The notes beneath the pieces are model-generated. The model had not been told where the DNA came from. It did no database searches and saw only the letters and a program-made list of their open reading frames with translations. From positions 1,524,725-1,588,724 of the forward strand of contig BDGG01000003.1 of the NCBI GenBank assembly GCA_001949185.1: a DNA stretch of 64,000 nt, read 5' to 3'. How positions within the stretch are numbered: the first letter of the stretch is position 1; each line of letters begins with the position of its first letter. Position numbers and translations under genes: made by a program. Shown piece after piece: positions 38,664-51,380 of this stretch. Source of the DNA: Ramazzottius varieornatus. Lineage: Eukaryota > Animalia > Tardigrada.

Positions 38664-39781
38664 TTACTTCTTGCCTTTTGGTTTACCCTTCGCGGCCTTG
38701 CTGGCACCACTTTTGCCTTTTTCTTTCACTAGATCTTCTGGCTTCGGATGGAAGGTCTTTACGCGAAACCTCAGCTCGGCAGCTTCGCGAATGGCAGTGA
38801 TCAAACTCCCAACCGGGAAGTTCCGGTACTTGACGGTCTGCATATCCTCGACCTTCTCATCGCATCCGGCTCGATACTTATCGATATCTTCCTGGCTGAA
38901 CACTGCAGGTTCTTTCTGTGGCACCGCTTTGTCCAGGTGTTTAGCCAGGTTGTGCAAGAGCAACACGTACTTCTGCCGCAGAGCGACCCAGTAGTAGAAG
39001 TCGAGAACTTCCGCTCGCTGGTAGCGTCGAGCCAGATCCTGCGCTGTCTCCTTCCCGAGGCTTGTCGAAACGGTTGGCTCACCTCCGTGCTTCATATAAT
39101 GATCATGAAATACTAGAGCGCACAAACCGAAAGTTAGAGGGATAACCATCGAAACAGACAAACGGCAAAAGGAAGGAAATTCGGTCCTGGGTCAGTAAAC
39201 TTCGCCTTGAAGTGACGCATGCAATCTTGACGGCCTTGAGCCGATACTGCATTAGTACATGTAGCCTGTGTACACTGTATATAACCCCGCTGACGTCATG
39301 TGTGACTTGCGTCTGTTTGCACTGGATTACTCAGAGAACACAGCAGCAGCTTTCTACCGTAGTTCTTACGTTCGACAAGGTCAACTTGGCCCCAAATGGC
39401 AGCCAGATGTATGGCCGAATATCCATTCCAAACAGCCAGTTCATAAAACTTTTGCTCGCCAACAGACACCAGCATGTATTCTACGATGGCTCGAGCTCCG
39501 CGAACCACGGCGATCTTGATGATGTCGTTCTGCCCGAAGTCAGCCTTGTGATGTTGGTACAGGTGTGCGAGATTGTTGGGGGGGACGATGGACTTGAGGA
39601 AACTACGGAAAGCTCCGACATCATCGGTCATAATGGCGTGTACCGTCGCATTGTACCAGCCATCTTTGGTTTCTTTGGGATGTTCAGGCAAGTGCGAGGC
39701 GGCGACCCAGTCAACGCGCGGTGTGTCGTCAGCCGGTTCTGCAGGCCCTTTGTCTTTCTTGTTGTCCTTCTTAGGTGGCAT
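38664..39781 (-). CDS. ANKRD45: Ankyrin-repeat protein, ANKRD45-like
   Basis: GYSAIHLAAIWGQVDLV..ETAQDLARRYQRAEVLDFYYW..EDIDKYRAGCDEK, with MPPKK and K-rich termini. Confidence 0.65.
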
Positions 39782-40108
39782 ACTACCGATCTATCAAACT
39801 AAGCCCAGAAAACTTTTCGACGAGGACTATTGCCTGGAGATTCTGGTCAAACCACCGACCAAACCTCATTGTGCTGATGAGAGAAAAGTCACTGTTGTTC
39901 GATTGGTAATTCATTTCGAAAAATCTGATTAATCTTCCCCACCTCGAACTATACAAAAGAAAATGGTTAGTTGTTGACACATTATCGCCATGTGTCTCTC
40001 CAATCACAGCAAATGATGGAGATAGATTGGCGAAGTCAGCTAACAAAGAAGAAGGAATATTCACTGGTTTTGTCATAAGGGAAAGTTTTGTCTTATTGAG
40101 TTTTGATT

Positions 40109-42589
40109 TCAGATTTCGATTAGGCGGTCTTCGTCCGTTAATGTATCGTTGGCAAATTTCGCTGCAAGAGAAAAAGTTTTATAAACACCAAATCGAGAGC
40201 CATAATCGGAAAGTCTGTTCATAACAAGGTCCTGAGGAAACTAAGAACTCACATCCTTCTGACACTTCATAGCCTTGTCCGACCAAACAGTCCTTCAACT
40301 CCGCATTTAGTTTGATGTGCGCCTGACTGCAGATTATCGAACCCTGAATGTGACAGCTAAAAGCAGAAAAGACAGTGGGACAAAAAAGCACTGCCACAGT
40401 AAGCTGAAAGTGAAAAATTACCCTTCACCGATGACGACATCATCCATGATGACAGACATGGTAATCTTGCTTCTTTCCCCAATCGTGCAGTTTCTGCCGA
40501 TGACGGACCTCTTCACTGACACCTTCTCCCCAATCTTTGTCATCTCACCGATAAGACTATCTTGTCCGACCAACGCTTTTCCGTGGACATTCGCACTCGT
40601 ATAAATTTGACTCAGCGTCTGCTTCGTCTCGCCTGGTTTGGCCGGATGAAGCTGCTGGAGAATCTTTGAAGCCTAGAAAACACACACGACAAAGTATTTA
40701 AAATATCTGGGAGCTCAGCGAACCCAACGAGACAGCTTTTTCCCATGTGGCGCACGTTACCAGTATTTTTGGCTTAGAACGTGCGCCACTCGGGAACAAA
40801 CGAAATCGACAAGCTCGTTCGCCACGCGGCGCACCTGCTCGGTATTATTGGCTGAACGCGTGCGCCACTCAGAAGAAAGAGACGATCTCGTCGATTTTGT
40901 CCGAAATCCAAATCGGCTCGAGTTTAGAAATTATTCTCAATCTTTTCGTACTTGTCGATTCACTTCGCAAAACGACGCGACGCTTTTCACTCTTAAACAT
41001 GTGCTTTCATCCGGCGCGACGTAGGCGAAGCATCGAATGCTGTTCCCAAAGTAGGGGTCTTCCATGTCCCCGTTATGGTCTGTGAAGAAGGACATTTCGC
41101 GGGCGAGAACGTCGAGGTTGTCTTCGGCCGCGATACGGTTGAGGTGGTCTGTGTCAGCGTGATGGCCTTGCTCGCTGGGAGCGAAGCGACCATTACTCAG
41201 CTCGAAGTCGATGCTGCGAGACTGGTGCTGCTTCTTGATGAGCTTGGGAATGAGCTCGGAACGAACGGTACCGATGTTGGGATCTGCGAGGAGATAATCG
41301 AGAACCCATTTCTTCAGAAGATAGATGTGGCAGTCTTCCAGCGACGCCCGTAAACTAATTCTCGGATACCTGCAAATACAATTAGAGGTTTAAATAAGCA
41401 TTTCAGCCATAGATGGAGTCTGTCAAACAACAGCGACCAGATCTTCTTCCGAGTGGCGCACGCTTACAGCCAATTTCACCGGCAACGGGCGCCACTATGA
41501 AAACGATCTGGCCGAGTTCATTAGCCGAGCTCTCAATTACACTAAATACGATTCCAAATACTGCATTCAGATTGTTGATTACCTGGTTAGAAGGTACCGG
41601 CGAATTTCCAAATATTCGTCGATATCAGCTTCGGAGGTGGAGAGGATGAGACGGTTAGAGACGGGTTCTAAGCCGATAATTTCGCGGTCTGTAAACATGA
41701 ATGAGTTCCTCTACCACCAAGGTATTCTCGCATGTATTTATAGACAGAAATACGATATAAGGTATAAGATTTGGTACCATGTTGTTTTTTGGTTTTGGTT
41801 CCAGGAATGACATTTTCGTTGCTCATGGTCTTGTGGTATACTGCGGCGAGAGAAGCATCGTGTATCCTGAAGACATTAGCGACGTCTTGTAAGTTCAGGT
41901 CACAGATGATATCACAAGGGATAATCAAAAGATCGCTCTGCAAAGAGCGCGGAAACTCGGTAAAATATTTAGGTACAAACGAGACGTGGAGCTCTACGCA
42001 CGTGCAGTTTCTGTTTGTTGTGGAGCGTTCGAATCGAGTCCGCCGTTCCAAAGTCGTCATCGTCCGGAACGGTAACGTAATCTATCTCTATATCGATCTC
42101 AGAGGTGGCGGACACAGCGACGCTAATCTCTTGATGAGTGGATTCCGAAACGACGAGAAGGACGCCTGAAAAAGAGATAAATTACATGAGCAAGTTCGTC
42201 AGCGCTGTGCAGTTCAACCTTCATGGAACACTTTTGAGCTGACTGTTCCCGTTGACCACAGTACTACACAATCCATCCAGAACAAAAAAGTTCTGCAAAA
42301 CATGCAAGCCAAGCCAATAGGTACGACTGAGCGACGGACGGACTTGTAGCGAGTCTACTAGCGACCATCAGCTGATGAAATTACGGAATAACGGAAACGA
42401 CAAAGAGCACAAGCTTTACTCACGTCTGAATCCATTGTTCTGCAGCCATTTCAGTGGATAATATATCAGGGGATATCTGCCTACAGACAGTAGCGATTTC
42501 GGTGTAGAAATCAGCTCTTCCAGCGGCGAAGATGCTCCAGCAGCAAGGACGACGGCTTGCAGTTCTTCCACCTTGTCGAAGGCCATCAT
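40109..42589 (-). CDS. EIF2B3: eIF2B gamma subunit
   Basis: LQAVVLAAG..PKSLLSVGRYPLIYYPLKWL, GTVTVSATSEI, IIPCDII, C-terminal hexapeptide repeats (IGEKVSVKRSVIGRNC). Confidence 0.9.
40709..40908. mobile_element. Family X dimer (two cores)
   Basis: Cores at 40747/40781 and 40826/40860, each with a 25-nt spacer; EIF2B3 intron. Confidence 0.75.
41414..41534. mobile_element. Family X palindromic element
   Basis: GTGGCGCAC(41453)-N25-GGGCGCCAC..GCCGAGCTCTC; EIF2B3 intron. Confidence 0.75.
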
Positions 42590-43042
42590 GAATCTTCTGC
42601 ACACCAGTCACCAGTTCACAACAGGCTGCGCTTCGGAAGCCTTAGGTGATCGTGCGGTCCTGAAATATGAGTGTACTCGTACCAGAGAGATAATCTTACA
42701 GAGAAATCCGAAGGATTCACATCAGAATGAGCGAATATCAGATACAGTAGTGAGATAGATCAGAATCAGTCAATCAGAAGCGCTCCGTCCTTTGGGCTTT
42801 GACTCCGTCAGGAGTCTGGACACAGGAGCAACCAAAACCAATCAAGAATCAACAGGGCTGCTCAAACGAAACCAAGTGGCTTGACTTTCTCTACAGCGAA
42901 AGACACACAACAGTAGCTGGGTCCAGCGCGAATACCCTCCAGTTCCGCGGCTCCAGTTAACCGCACTACCGGGTTCGTTTCCGTCGTCAGATTTTACAAC
43001 AAGACCGCCTCAAACATCATTTCCATCTCATTAGTTATAATT

Positions 43043-44145
43043 CTAAGTTCGCACCACATAGTGCGGAACGAGATCAGTCAAATACTCCACAAACGAGCAC
43101 TCAGTTCTATCCAGAATATTCATCAGTTTCTCAGAGGCTTCATAAGTCCTCGACATATCCTTCCCGGTCACCGCCAGCACAAAATCTTTTAGCTTCAAAA
43201 ATTCCACCGGTGATAAAAAAGACACGAAAGTTTGCGGACCAGTCGCTCCTTCCGCCTTCAGTTCTGCCAAGTCCTCTTTCAAATACCACTCCATCATCTG
43301 CTTATGGAACGGCGACATCTTTGCAGGCATGGGTTCCACGATCAGCAAAATCAACACCTGCCGTATCTCGCACTGTCTCGCTAGTTCTCTGTACCAGCCT
43401 ATCACCTTCGCTGGTCCATGCTTTAGGACACCAGAGACCATGATGATCTCCTCGTAGGTGAGAAGCGCGTCGACGAGAAGGCCAGCTTGGGTCTGGACGT
43501 CTGCGAGGGTACGAAGAACCACCAGACGCTCTCTTGTCCCGTTCTGTGTCTTATTCAGCTCCAAAGCTTTGTGGAGAGTCTTTACAGCATCTTCAGGTCT
43601 TGCAAGATGTAGCATGGCTTCCGAGAGACGAACTAGAGCGGTGACTGCTTGATGGGTCGCACAATTCTGCTCGTAGATGTCTATAAAGCAAAAACAGCTT
43701 GAGTTTGACCTGATTAATAACGAAGCTTTCAATACCGCAATGCTGCAGTGGGTTACGATATATGAGAAGAAATCCAGTTATTGAACAAATTTTAATTAGT
43801 ACCAGCAGCTTTATTCGTAGCGTCGATGGCAAAGTAGAGCGAGTCCCAGAGCGTAGGTAAGTTCAGGTTGTAAGCTTCCTTCTCTTCGTCGAGATGGAGC
43901 CGAGCGGAACGCATATAGGCTTCGGCTTCGGAGATGGAGTTTTCAGCGGCACTTTCGCAGGCGGCAACACCTTCGGAGCAGGTAGCAGCAAAGACACGGA
44001 GATCGTCATTTTCCAGCTGGCGTGACAGGGCGGTCAGCTCCGCCGCTGCTTCTCCTGCTGCAGGCCGCTGTGTCAGACGTTGACGGAGACGCTCGGGTAT
44101 GGTGAAACGAAGGAGGCTTTCCGTGATTCCTGCAACATGATCCAT
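43043..44145 (-). CDS. F8A1: HAP40 / factor VIII intron 22 protein homolog
   Basis: RLRQRLTQRPAAGEA..FAATCSEGVAACE..EAEAYMRSARLHL and CEIRQVLILLI follow the HAP40 pattern; one intron at ~43681-43801. Confidence 0.72.
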
Positions 44146-44280
44146 TGCATGGAGAGTCCTGACTTCACAGAGAAGAAAAGTGAATGAAAATATCCAACTT
44201 TCAAATACCGTAGAAATTCAGATGTCACGGGTAAAATTCCCTGTTGTTGAGAGATTACGGCAAGCGGTGTTTAGCTACAG

Positions 44281-44351
44281 TGACGTCATTGTTAGTAGTT
44301 GTATTGGTCATACTCGGCTCCGAAACTACGGCTAGTGAAAGAATGACGTCA
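44281..44351. promoter_or_regulatory. Paired TGACGTCA sites in the HAP40/NRBF2 bidirectional promoter
   Basis: TGACGTCA at 44281 and 44344 with ATTGG between them; CACGTG at ~44402. Confidence 0.45.
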
Positions 44352-44558
44352 ACTGCCCAGCCCAGGCTGGCTCGCAATTTCTCCGCTATAGAGAAACTGA
44401 CCACGTGACATCTGAGTTACTTTGCCCACTGCTCAATTAAATTAATTAGTCTTTCAGTGTTTCTCCATTGTGGATAGTCCTCCACCCATGTCTCTTTGTT
44501 TCAGAATTCAGATGCCCCAATATAAAGTAACGACTGCACCAGCTTCAATCGATGCGAC

Positions 44559-45495
44559 ATGGAAGAAATCAGCAAGGCACCTCTGAACCAGGTAACCTTT
44601 TCTCTCATGCATGGGCTGTCAGTCTGTTACATAAGGCTCAAACTGTATAAGTATAACCGTGTGTTTTCCTCCTTCATAGGCTCACTTCCTTGATCGCAAA
44701 GCGGACTATTACACCCGGAAGAACCTTCTTGAGAAAGCTATCCAGTGCCGTCAACGAGCAGTCGGTAGGGATTGGATTCTGATTCTAAGTTCACGGTTGA
44801 TAAAAATCCAGCGTGATTGTACAGATTGTCTGGAAGCTGTTCGCACTTTATCCCTCAGCGACGACTGCATCCTTTCCCTCAACTCACAAGTATCCACTCA
44901 TCTTCTCCAGATTCACATCTTGAAGGAACAGCTCTGTCAGAAGAGCAGCAAGATGCCCGCAGTCTCGCAAGTGGCTCTACAAGCCAACAAGTCCACTCCA
45001 CCCTCCGTCAAACCTCCCAAATCAACCTACTCCTCTGAAATCGAAGCAGCCATCAAGAAAGAAATACTCAAAGGCGACCAGTTGCTAGAATCTCTCGTAT
45101 CCCAGCAGATCAAGGAGCGCGATGAAAAGAACGACGCCATGATCAGCTCGGCCGTCAAACGGCCCAAACCAGTCGAAGAAGTCTTGGAAGAACTGCGCGA
45201 TCACAACTTGCAGCTGAAGTCCCTGATAGGTGGCTTGTTCGAAGAAGTGGATACTCTGAAAACAGAGAATAATGAACTGAGAGCGAAACTGGCAGAGTTC
45301 GAAAGACAGTCAGACTTGAAAGATGCGTCGGTTGATGTGAAGAGTGCTTCGATGGAAGCGACTTCCCCGTCCATGCCTGAGCTACCTCCCCTGGAACCCT
45401 TAGATTTTCCTTCCTTCGATTCGATTCCGATCAGTTTGAAGCCTAGAGTTAGAGTGCCAAGACCAAATCGTTCTTCCGAAACATCGCAGACTTAA
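44559..45495 (+). CDS. NRBF2: NRBF2/Atg38 (MIT domain + coiled coil)
   Basis: Spliced N-terminus MEEISKAPLNQ|AHFLDRKAD..AIQCRQRA; C-terminal LEELR..LKTEN..ELPPLEP. Confidence 0.8.
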
Positions 45496-45533
45496 AATAG
45501 CTGCGTTCAGTCTACTCTGAACGTGCGCGAATA

Positions 45534-45726
45534 CACGCAGGACGAGATATTATGGTACAGTAAAAATTAGGGAACAGGCCGAAAGGACAGCAAGATGGAA
45601 ATTCGACCGTCGAAAAGCGTCGAAAAATGTATTACTGTGAATCGGTCGCGTACGTGCTCCCGTACCGCTGTAGCAAAAAGGACTGTCCCATAATATTTAC
45701 TGTACCCTAACTTCTCGTCCTGCGTG
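45534..45726. mobile_element. 193-bp MITE with TA TSD (Tc1/mariner-type)
   Basis: TA|CACGCAGGACGAGA..GGTACAGTAAA / TTTACTGTACC..TCTCGTCCTGCGTG|TA. Confidence 0.8.
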
Positions 45727-45965
45727 TACGGATGTCCTATGTAGTGTCATCAGTCATGTCCTGTCAGTAGTGCTGATGTGTGATGTCATTTGGAATTTCG
45801 CACCGTGGTTCTGTCGACGACAGTTCTCGCTTTACTCAGCAATTTTCGTCTTGTGTGGCTTCGTTCTTGTAAAATGTAAATTGCGGTTTCAAGCACGATG
45901 ACAAAATATATGCAGGAAAACTTTCGCGAAGAGAAACTATGAACACAGCGTGACTAAATACATTA

Positions 45966-47493
45966 TTATTTCGCATCTTTGTTGGCTTCTTCCTTCTTAT
46001 CCCCGGTCGCCTTGTCCTTCTCTCCCTCCTTTTTATCCTTTTCCTTCAGTTTATCCACCTTCTCCTGGACTTTCTTCTCCACCTCAGACTTGCTTCTCAG
46101 CTTGTTGTCGATCAGGTTATGCATGGAGAGGATGGAGCGGACCATGGTGGACAAGTACACCACCAGCAACTGATCGTTAGTCTGTGTCGTCATGGACTCG
46201 GTGAAGACCGGCGAGTTGATGTTGGGCAGAAGGTTGAAAATGTCTTGAAGATTATTGATCACGTCCGTATTGACAGGAAGCTCTTTGTTCTGCACTTTCT
46301 GAAGGTAGCTGACGATGTGGTTCAACTGAGTGCGAAGACCCTTCAAGCCAGAGAGTTGGTTCGAAACCAGCTGCGAAAGGGATCCGACGGACGTGTCTTT
46401 GATATCTCTGGAAGAACAAAGAAAACTTAACTATTGAAGATCTGACTTCAAGCGTTTCGAAAAATTCTGACTGTCTGACAGATCACTAAGGTGGAAACTT
46501 CCGTCGCCCAAAAACCTGCATACAGCTAGGCATGCGGAACAAGTGAAGCGGAAGTATGCAGGTGCTCAAAATTCCAGAATCCTGTTCGTCGAACTTCCTT
46601 CAGGGGTTGGCGGGAAGGGCGGAAATGGCTGATTGTTTGATCTATTTCGAATCGAAGGAAAACACGTACCGAAGTAGATGCTCGACACCGACTTCTTCGG
46701 CTTCCTCCGCGCCCATCGAGCTGGGGACATGTTCGAAGGATGTACGCACCGGAGTTCCGTCTTCGCGGATTTCCTCAACAGCAATGTAGGCTTCTGTCGG
46801 CAGATCGTTCTTGTCCGGACTCACTTCGATGATGCACAACACCTGCACACAAAGCGCTTGGCCTTCAAACATGACTTCGGAGCCACAAATAACAACGGAT
46901 GAATCGAAGAAAAGCTCACGGAGTTTGGGTTGTATTTGCGGATGAGCTCGTTAATTTCCAAGTCGTTGGCGTTCAGCTTCGGCCCCGTGTGATACCACCC
47001 GACAATCTTTTCTCTCGCTAGAAAAAGAACAATAATTAGATATGAATCACAGTGGAAAGTCGACACGCCATTTTCCCTCTCAGACTAAAAGCATTTTGTA
47101 CTCTGCAGGATAACTTCCGTTTTGCTGACCCACCATTTACTTTCTTGAACATGGTATACATGTTTTCCAGATATTCGTGGTCCAGAAACCAAACTGATTT
47201 GTTCTTTTCATCTTCATCGAAGGGAACTAAAAGATGAGACAGGGTGCACAAAATAAACCGCGATATTCGAATCGTAGGACAGAAAAAAATGAATTTCCAT
47301 CTGACTTACTCGCGAAGCTGTTTGAAACGTCCAGTTCCCCTGTAGAATGTGAGAGGCTTCCCAAAAGAAGTCCAACAACACGCCGAGCATTCCCCACACT
47401 CTTCATGCGGTTGAAGTGATCGACGACGCTGAGGAGCACCAATGGATGAACTACCACGCGCTTCACGGGAATCTCTCCAGACAGGACAGGCAT
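45966..47493 (-). CDS. PSMD7: 26S proteasome lid subunit Rpn8
   Basis: [54 protein letters not shown]. Confidence 0.97.
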
Positions 47494-48032
47494 GGCGGCT
47501 TCGGTATCCTCCCAACCTTAACTTCCTCCTACCGTCAAGTGAACTTATCTAGGTTGGGCGGATCAGATCCTCCGTCAATCGCGTTAAGACAAAGCCGCAG
47601 TAGGAATTCACTTGAAGCACCCTCCTCGAAGAGAACATAGAAATTCTTTTGCAAGGAAATCGGCGATCAATCAAGAATTTTGATTGTTTGAATGACGAAA
47701 AACGTCGAATCACTTCACTGATTTACTCTCCCTTGTCTTTCGAGGGGAAAACCGTTTGCCCGGAGCAGAGCTGACTGCAGGTGTTGGGTTCTTGCTTGAC
47801 TTGCAATTTGGTTCTTTCTCAGTTTTTTTACGAAGTTTTCATTGGATTATCAGTCGGGGTCGTGCCGGGCAGGGACCTGACAAACAACTTCGCAGAAAAA
47901 AGGGTCAAACTACGGACCTTTTTAAAACATTCTGTAACCTCCAGCCGCTTCTGCCCCTGAGCAAGTGACCTCTCCAGCTGTTGTCGACCTTTGAGTGCTT
48001 AGCGTTTGAGTAACTTTCGTGTTTGTTTTGAT

Positions 48033-48450
48033 CACTGATGAGCTGCTGTACCTCGCCTTGCCGGAGAGTGGGCAGGCTTGAACTGTTGATTGATTGTACT
48101 GTGAGAATATCGAGGCGGAGCGAATGTTCGTTACGTCACTGACCATGCAACCAAACGAATAAATGAATAACATCAATTGAACAAACTTTTCCGTCGGACT
48201 CTCACGAGTAAGCACCGGAAGCATTTTTCGAATGTTTTAGAGCTCTGAAATCTGAGAATAACGCCTTCCGTGATGCGGATCAGAGCATTTTCTGTAATTT
48301 GTGGCTCGTATAAAGTCAGTTCATGACTTGATTCCCCGACTTTCGATGTGTGTTGATGGGTGTTTATCCTCTATCTGCGGCGTCTGCGAGTCAGTCCGCA
48401 TTTTGGCACGCCATAGTTTGCAAACGGCGAGGTACTGCAGCTCTACAGTG
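48033..48450. mobile_element. 418-bp non-autonomous TIR element (CA..TG ends, 8-bp TSD; hAT/P-like), copy 1
   Basis: 25-bp TIR CACTG(AT/TA)GAGCTGC.GTACCTCGCC; TSD GTTTTGAT/GTTCTGAT. Confidence 0.85.
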
Positions 48451-48643
48451 GTTCTGATTTTTTGTTCCCGATTTGATTCATTTGAATTCCAGATCCTTGG
48501 GCTCTCAACTCCTCCTGGGTCGTTCCGGAAATACTGTGCGTTGACATCTGAGCTTAGGGTATACGTACGTTTCCTTACGACTAAGGAATTCCGGACTGAT
48601 GAACGTCTGTTCAAAGCTCGTCTGATATTCTCGAATATCAACC

Positions 48644-49284
48644 ATGGCCGCAGTGCCGAGAGGAGAAGTATTGATGTTGTATAAAAATCTACTCCGCGCT
48701 TCGCAGGAATTTTCGAACTATAATTTCCGGTGAGAAGGATGTGTCAAATTACCATACGGATGTGAAGCTTTAAGGAAGCTTCTGTCGGAAGAAATTTAGA
48801 AACTACGCTTCACTTATTGGGTCTGTGCCGTCAGATTATGTGGTCTTTTTGCAGATCATATGCCAATCGCACAGTCAAGGAAGCTTTCAGCGAGTACAAA
48901 GTGGAGAAAAACCCACAAAGAATTCAAGAGCTCATGGCGAAAGGAGAGAAGAATCTTGAGATCATAAGACGGCAGGTAAACACAAAGCATTTTCCACTTA
49001 CCAGAAGAGTGGGGTCAAGGCCGTGTTGCAGAAACGTGCGGCACGGCCTTGACACTCCGGAAGTAACGGCTTATCTACAAAGACAAAGTCTTTGGAAAAG
49101 CCCTGCTTCTCGCATCTCCGCGATTTTGTTTCGTTTGGAATTGCATGTTTAAAGAATACATCACGAATTTTATAAATTCCAGGCGCGGCTCGGAAACCTT
49201 TACTCTTCGGACAAGCTTGTCATTGAAACGACGGGAAACCTTCCGCAAGCACCCGAGAGGTCTTCGGCAACAGCGACCTCTTGA
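48644..49284 (+). CDS. LYRM4: ISD11 / LYR motif protein 4
   Basis: Exons 48644-48729, 48855-48975, 49183-49284: VLMLYKNLLRASQEFSNYNFRSYA..LEIIRRQARLGNLYSSDKLVIE. Confidence 0.93.
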
Positions 49285-50055
49285 ACGATGGTTCCTGCTA
49301 GCTTTAAGGTTTTCTTTGCGAGTGTGATACTTGACTTTGCCAACCGAAAGGTCCAGGTCGCTCCTTTTATGTTTACAAGGACAGAAGCAGCATAAGAAGA
49401 TTCTCCTTTCAGAAGCAACTATAGCTGCAGTTTTCGTTGTACAGACGCTCCACCAACCATCGTGATGTGTGATGTTTCTTATTACGCTTGGTTTTATTTT
49501 GGTTGTATACAATATAGATCGAGACTTCTGCCGTACTGTCAACCGAAGTCTCGGAGCGCAGCTCATGTTACCTCTCGAACTTTAGAGCCGAATACTTGTC
49601 ATACCTCAGAGTGAAGCTTACCGTACCTATGACAAGCGAACGCCAGGAACCCTGCGCCCTTCTCTACGGAAGTTCCTCGTTCGATCACGAAGACAAAGGT
49701 GCAAGAAAGTGAGGAAACACGCTACTTTAATCGGTTGTTCAAATGTGTACAGAAACCGGTACACAGTTGTTATACCTCTGACTTCGCGGCGATCTTGATA
49801 ACGTCAGCGCAGGACCCCTACGTACTTACCAGTGTCCAGTCGGTTAACGATCTAACGTAGTTCGAAGTTTATTCGCGTGTATATTGTTACTTGTTGGCAG
49901 AAGAACCGCCTACGGTTATGTGCGACTAGCGAGCCGTACTGGCAGCAATATCTCAGTATCAAAGTCTGATACGAGCCAACGAAGAAGCTGTCAGCTGTGC
50001 ATGTTTGCTCTGTATTTTTAGCAGGCTGTTAACCACGCCACGCTGGCTCGAAACG

Positions 50056-51380
50056 CGAAACGCAAAACGAGGAACCTTAGTTTTAATACCTTGCAACATT
50101 AGACTTCTAATCTGGCTTTAAATTTAGCATCAACTCCTGCCGTCAAAGAGCATGACTGGGGCAGGACGTTTCCCAAGGCAGCAGGTCCGCAGAATTTTCC
50201 GGTTTGAGGCCATGTATAAGTTTACTGCGCGACTGCTCGTAACATCTTCTTATCGTCGGCCAAGTCTGCCACAACGATCATGATATCGTCGAGTTTTACT
50301 GCGCCCTATTCGCAGAAACTCGCCCGACTAGAAGTCTAACATCAAAGAACGTTTATTAATCGGTCTCTCGTCTCGGTCATCAGCATCTTCCTGATTTACA
50401 GTCACTGTCATGAATCAGCGCCACCCCGTGATCTTGGGTTATAATTTCTTCAGAGCCCGTTGTCCGCTTCCAGAAATCTAAACGTCATTGCGTATTACCA
50501 GTAAAAACCGATGTTTCTGCTAACTTTTGGCCGTTCAGGCTTCCCCAAAAACCTGCCACGTGACGTGTGAGCAGAAGTCAAAACTGACCCTTATTTTCGT
50601 GTCCGAGCCACCAGCGCTCGTTGGCTGAGTAACTAAAAGGGCAACACGTCGGTCACGTGAGCCAGAAGTCGAAGGTCTCTTCTACGCAATGACGTTTAGA
50701 TTTCTGGAAGCGGACAACGGGCTCTGAAGAAATTATAACCCAAGATCACGGGGTGGCGCTGATTCATGACAGTGACTGTAAATCCGGAAGATGTTGATGG
50801 CCGAGACGAGAGACCGATTAATAAACGTTCTTTGATGTTAGACTTCTAGTCGGGCGAGTTTCTGCGAATAGGGCGCAGTAAAACTCGACGATATCATGAT
50901 CGTTGTGGCAGACTTGGCCGACGATAAGAAGATGTTACGAGCAGTCGCGCAGTAAACTTATACGTGGCCTCAAACCGGAAAATTCTGCAGATCTGCTGCC
51001 GTGGGAAACGTCCTGCCCCAGTCATGCTCTTTGACGGCAGGAGTTGATGCTGAATCTAGAGCCAGATTACAGTCCGGTCGCTCGAAATCTGGACGAAATT
51101 TTCCGATTGCAGAAGAGGAAAACCATACGAAGTCAACCGTACAGCTCGCCATGCCCACACAGCCGATTATCTGCCCACTTGATCAGTTGATTACACGAGT
51201 TACAGCACGGTGTAATGTGTGTTTTATGTATTAGTGGGCCTTGGCTTAGTATGCCGTGTGGTGAGTGTATGGCGGGCCTCAAACTGAAACTGGAAAATTT
51301 CGTCCAGATTTCGAGCGACCAGACTGTATAAGTCTAATGTTGCAAGGTATGAAAACTAGGGTTCCTCGTTCTGCGTTTCG
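50056..51380. repeat. Long inverted repeat (foldback) with ~440-bp arms and nested MITEs
   Basis: 50056-50494 is the near-perfect reverse complement of 50683-51380 once 51070-51326 is removed. Confidence 0.9.
51070..51326. mobile_element. 257-bp MITE inserted at TA in the right arm of the foldback
   Basis: 35-bp TIR CAGTC.GGTCGCTCGAAATCTGGACGAAATTTTCC; TA duplicated; the left arm shows the empty site. Confidence 0.9.

Noticed and set aside
7316-41534. CRISPR-like or integron attC interpretation of family X
   Set aside because: The context is eukaryotic and intronic, copies are dispersed rather than arrayed, spacers derive from one consensus, and no cas or integrase gene is present.
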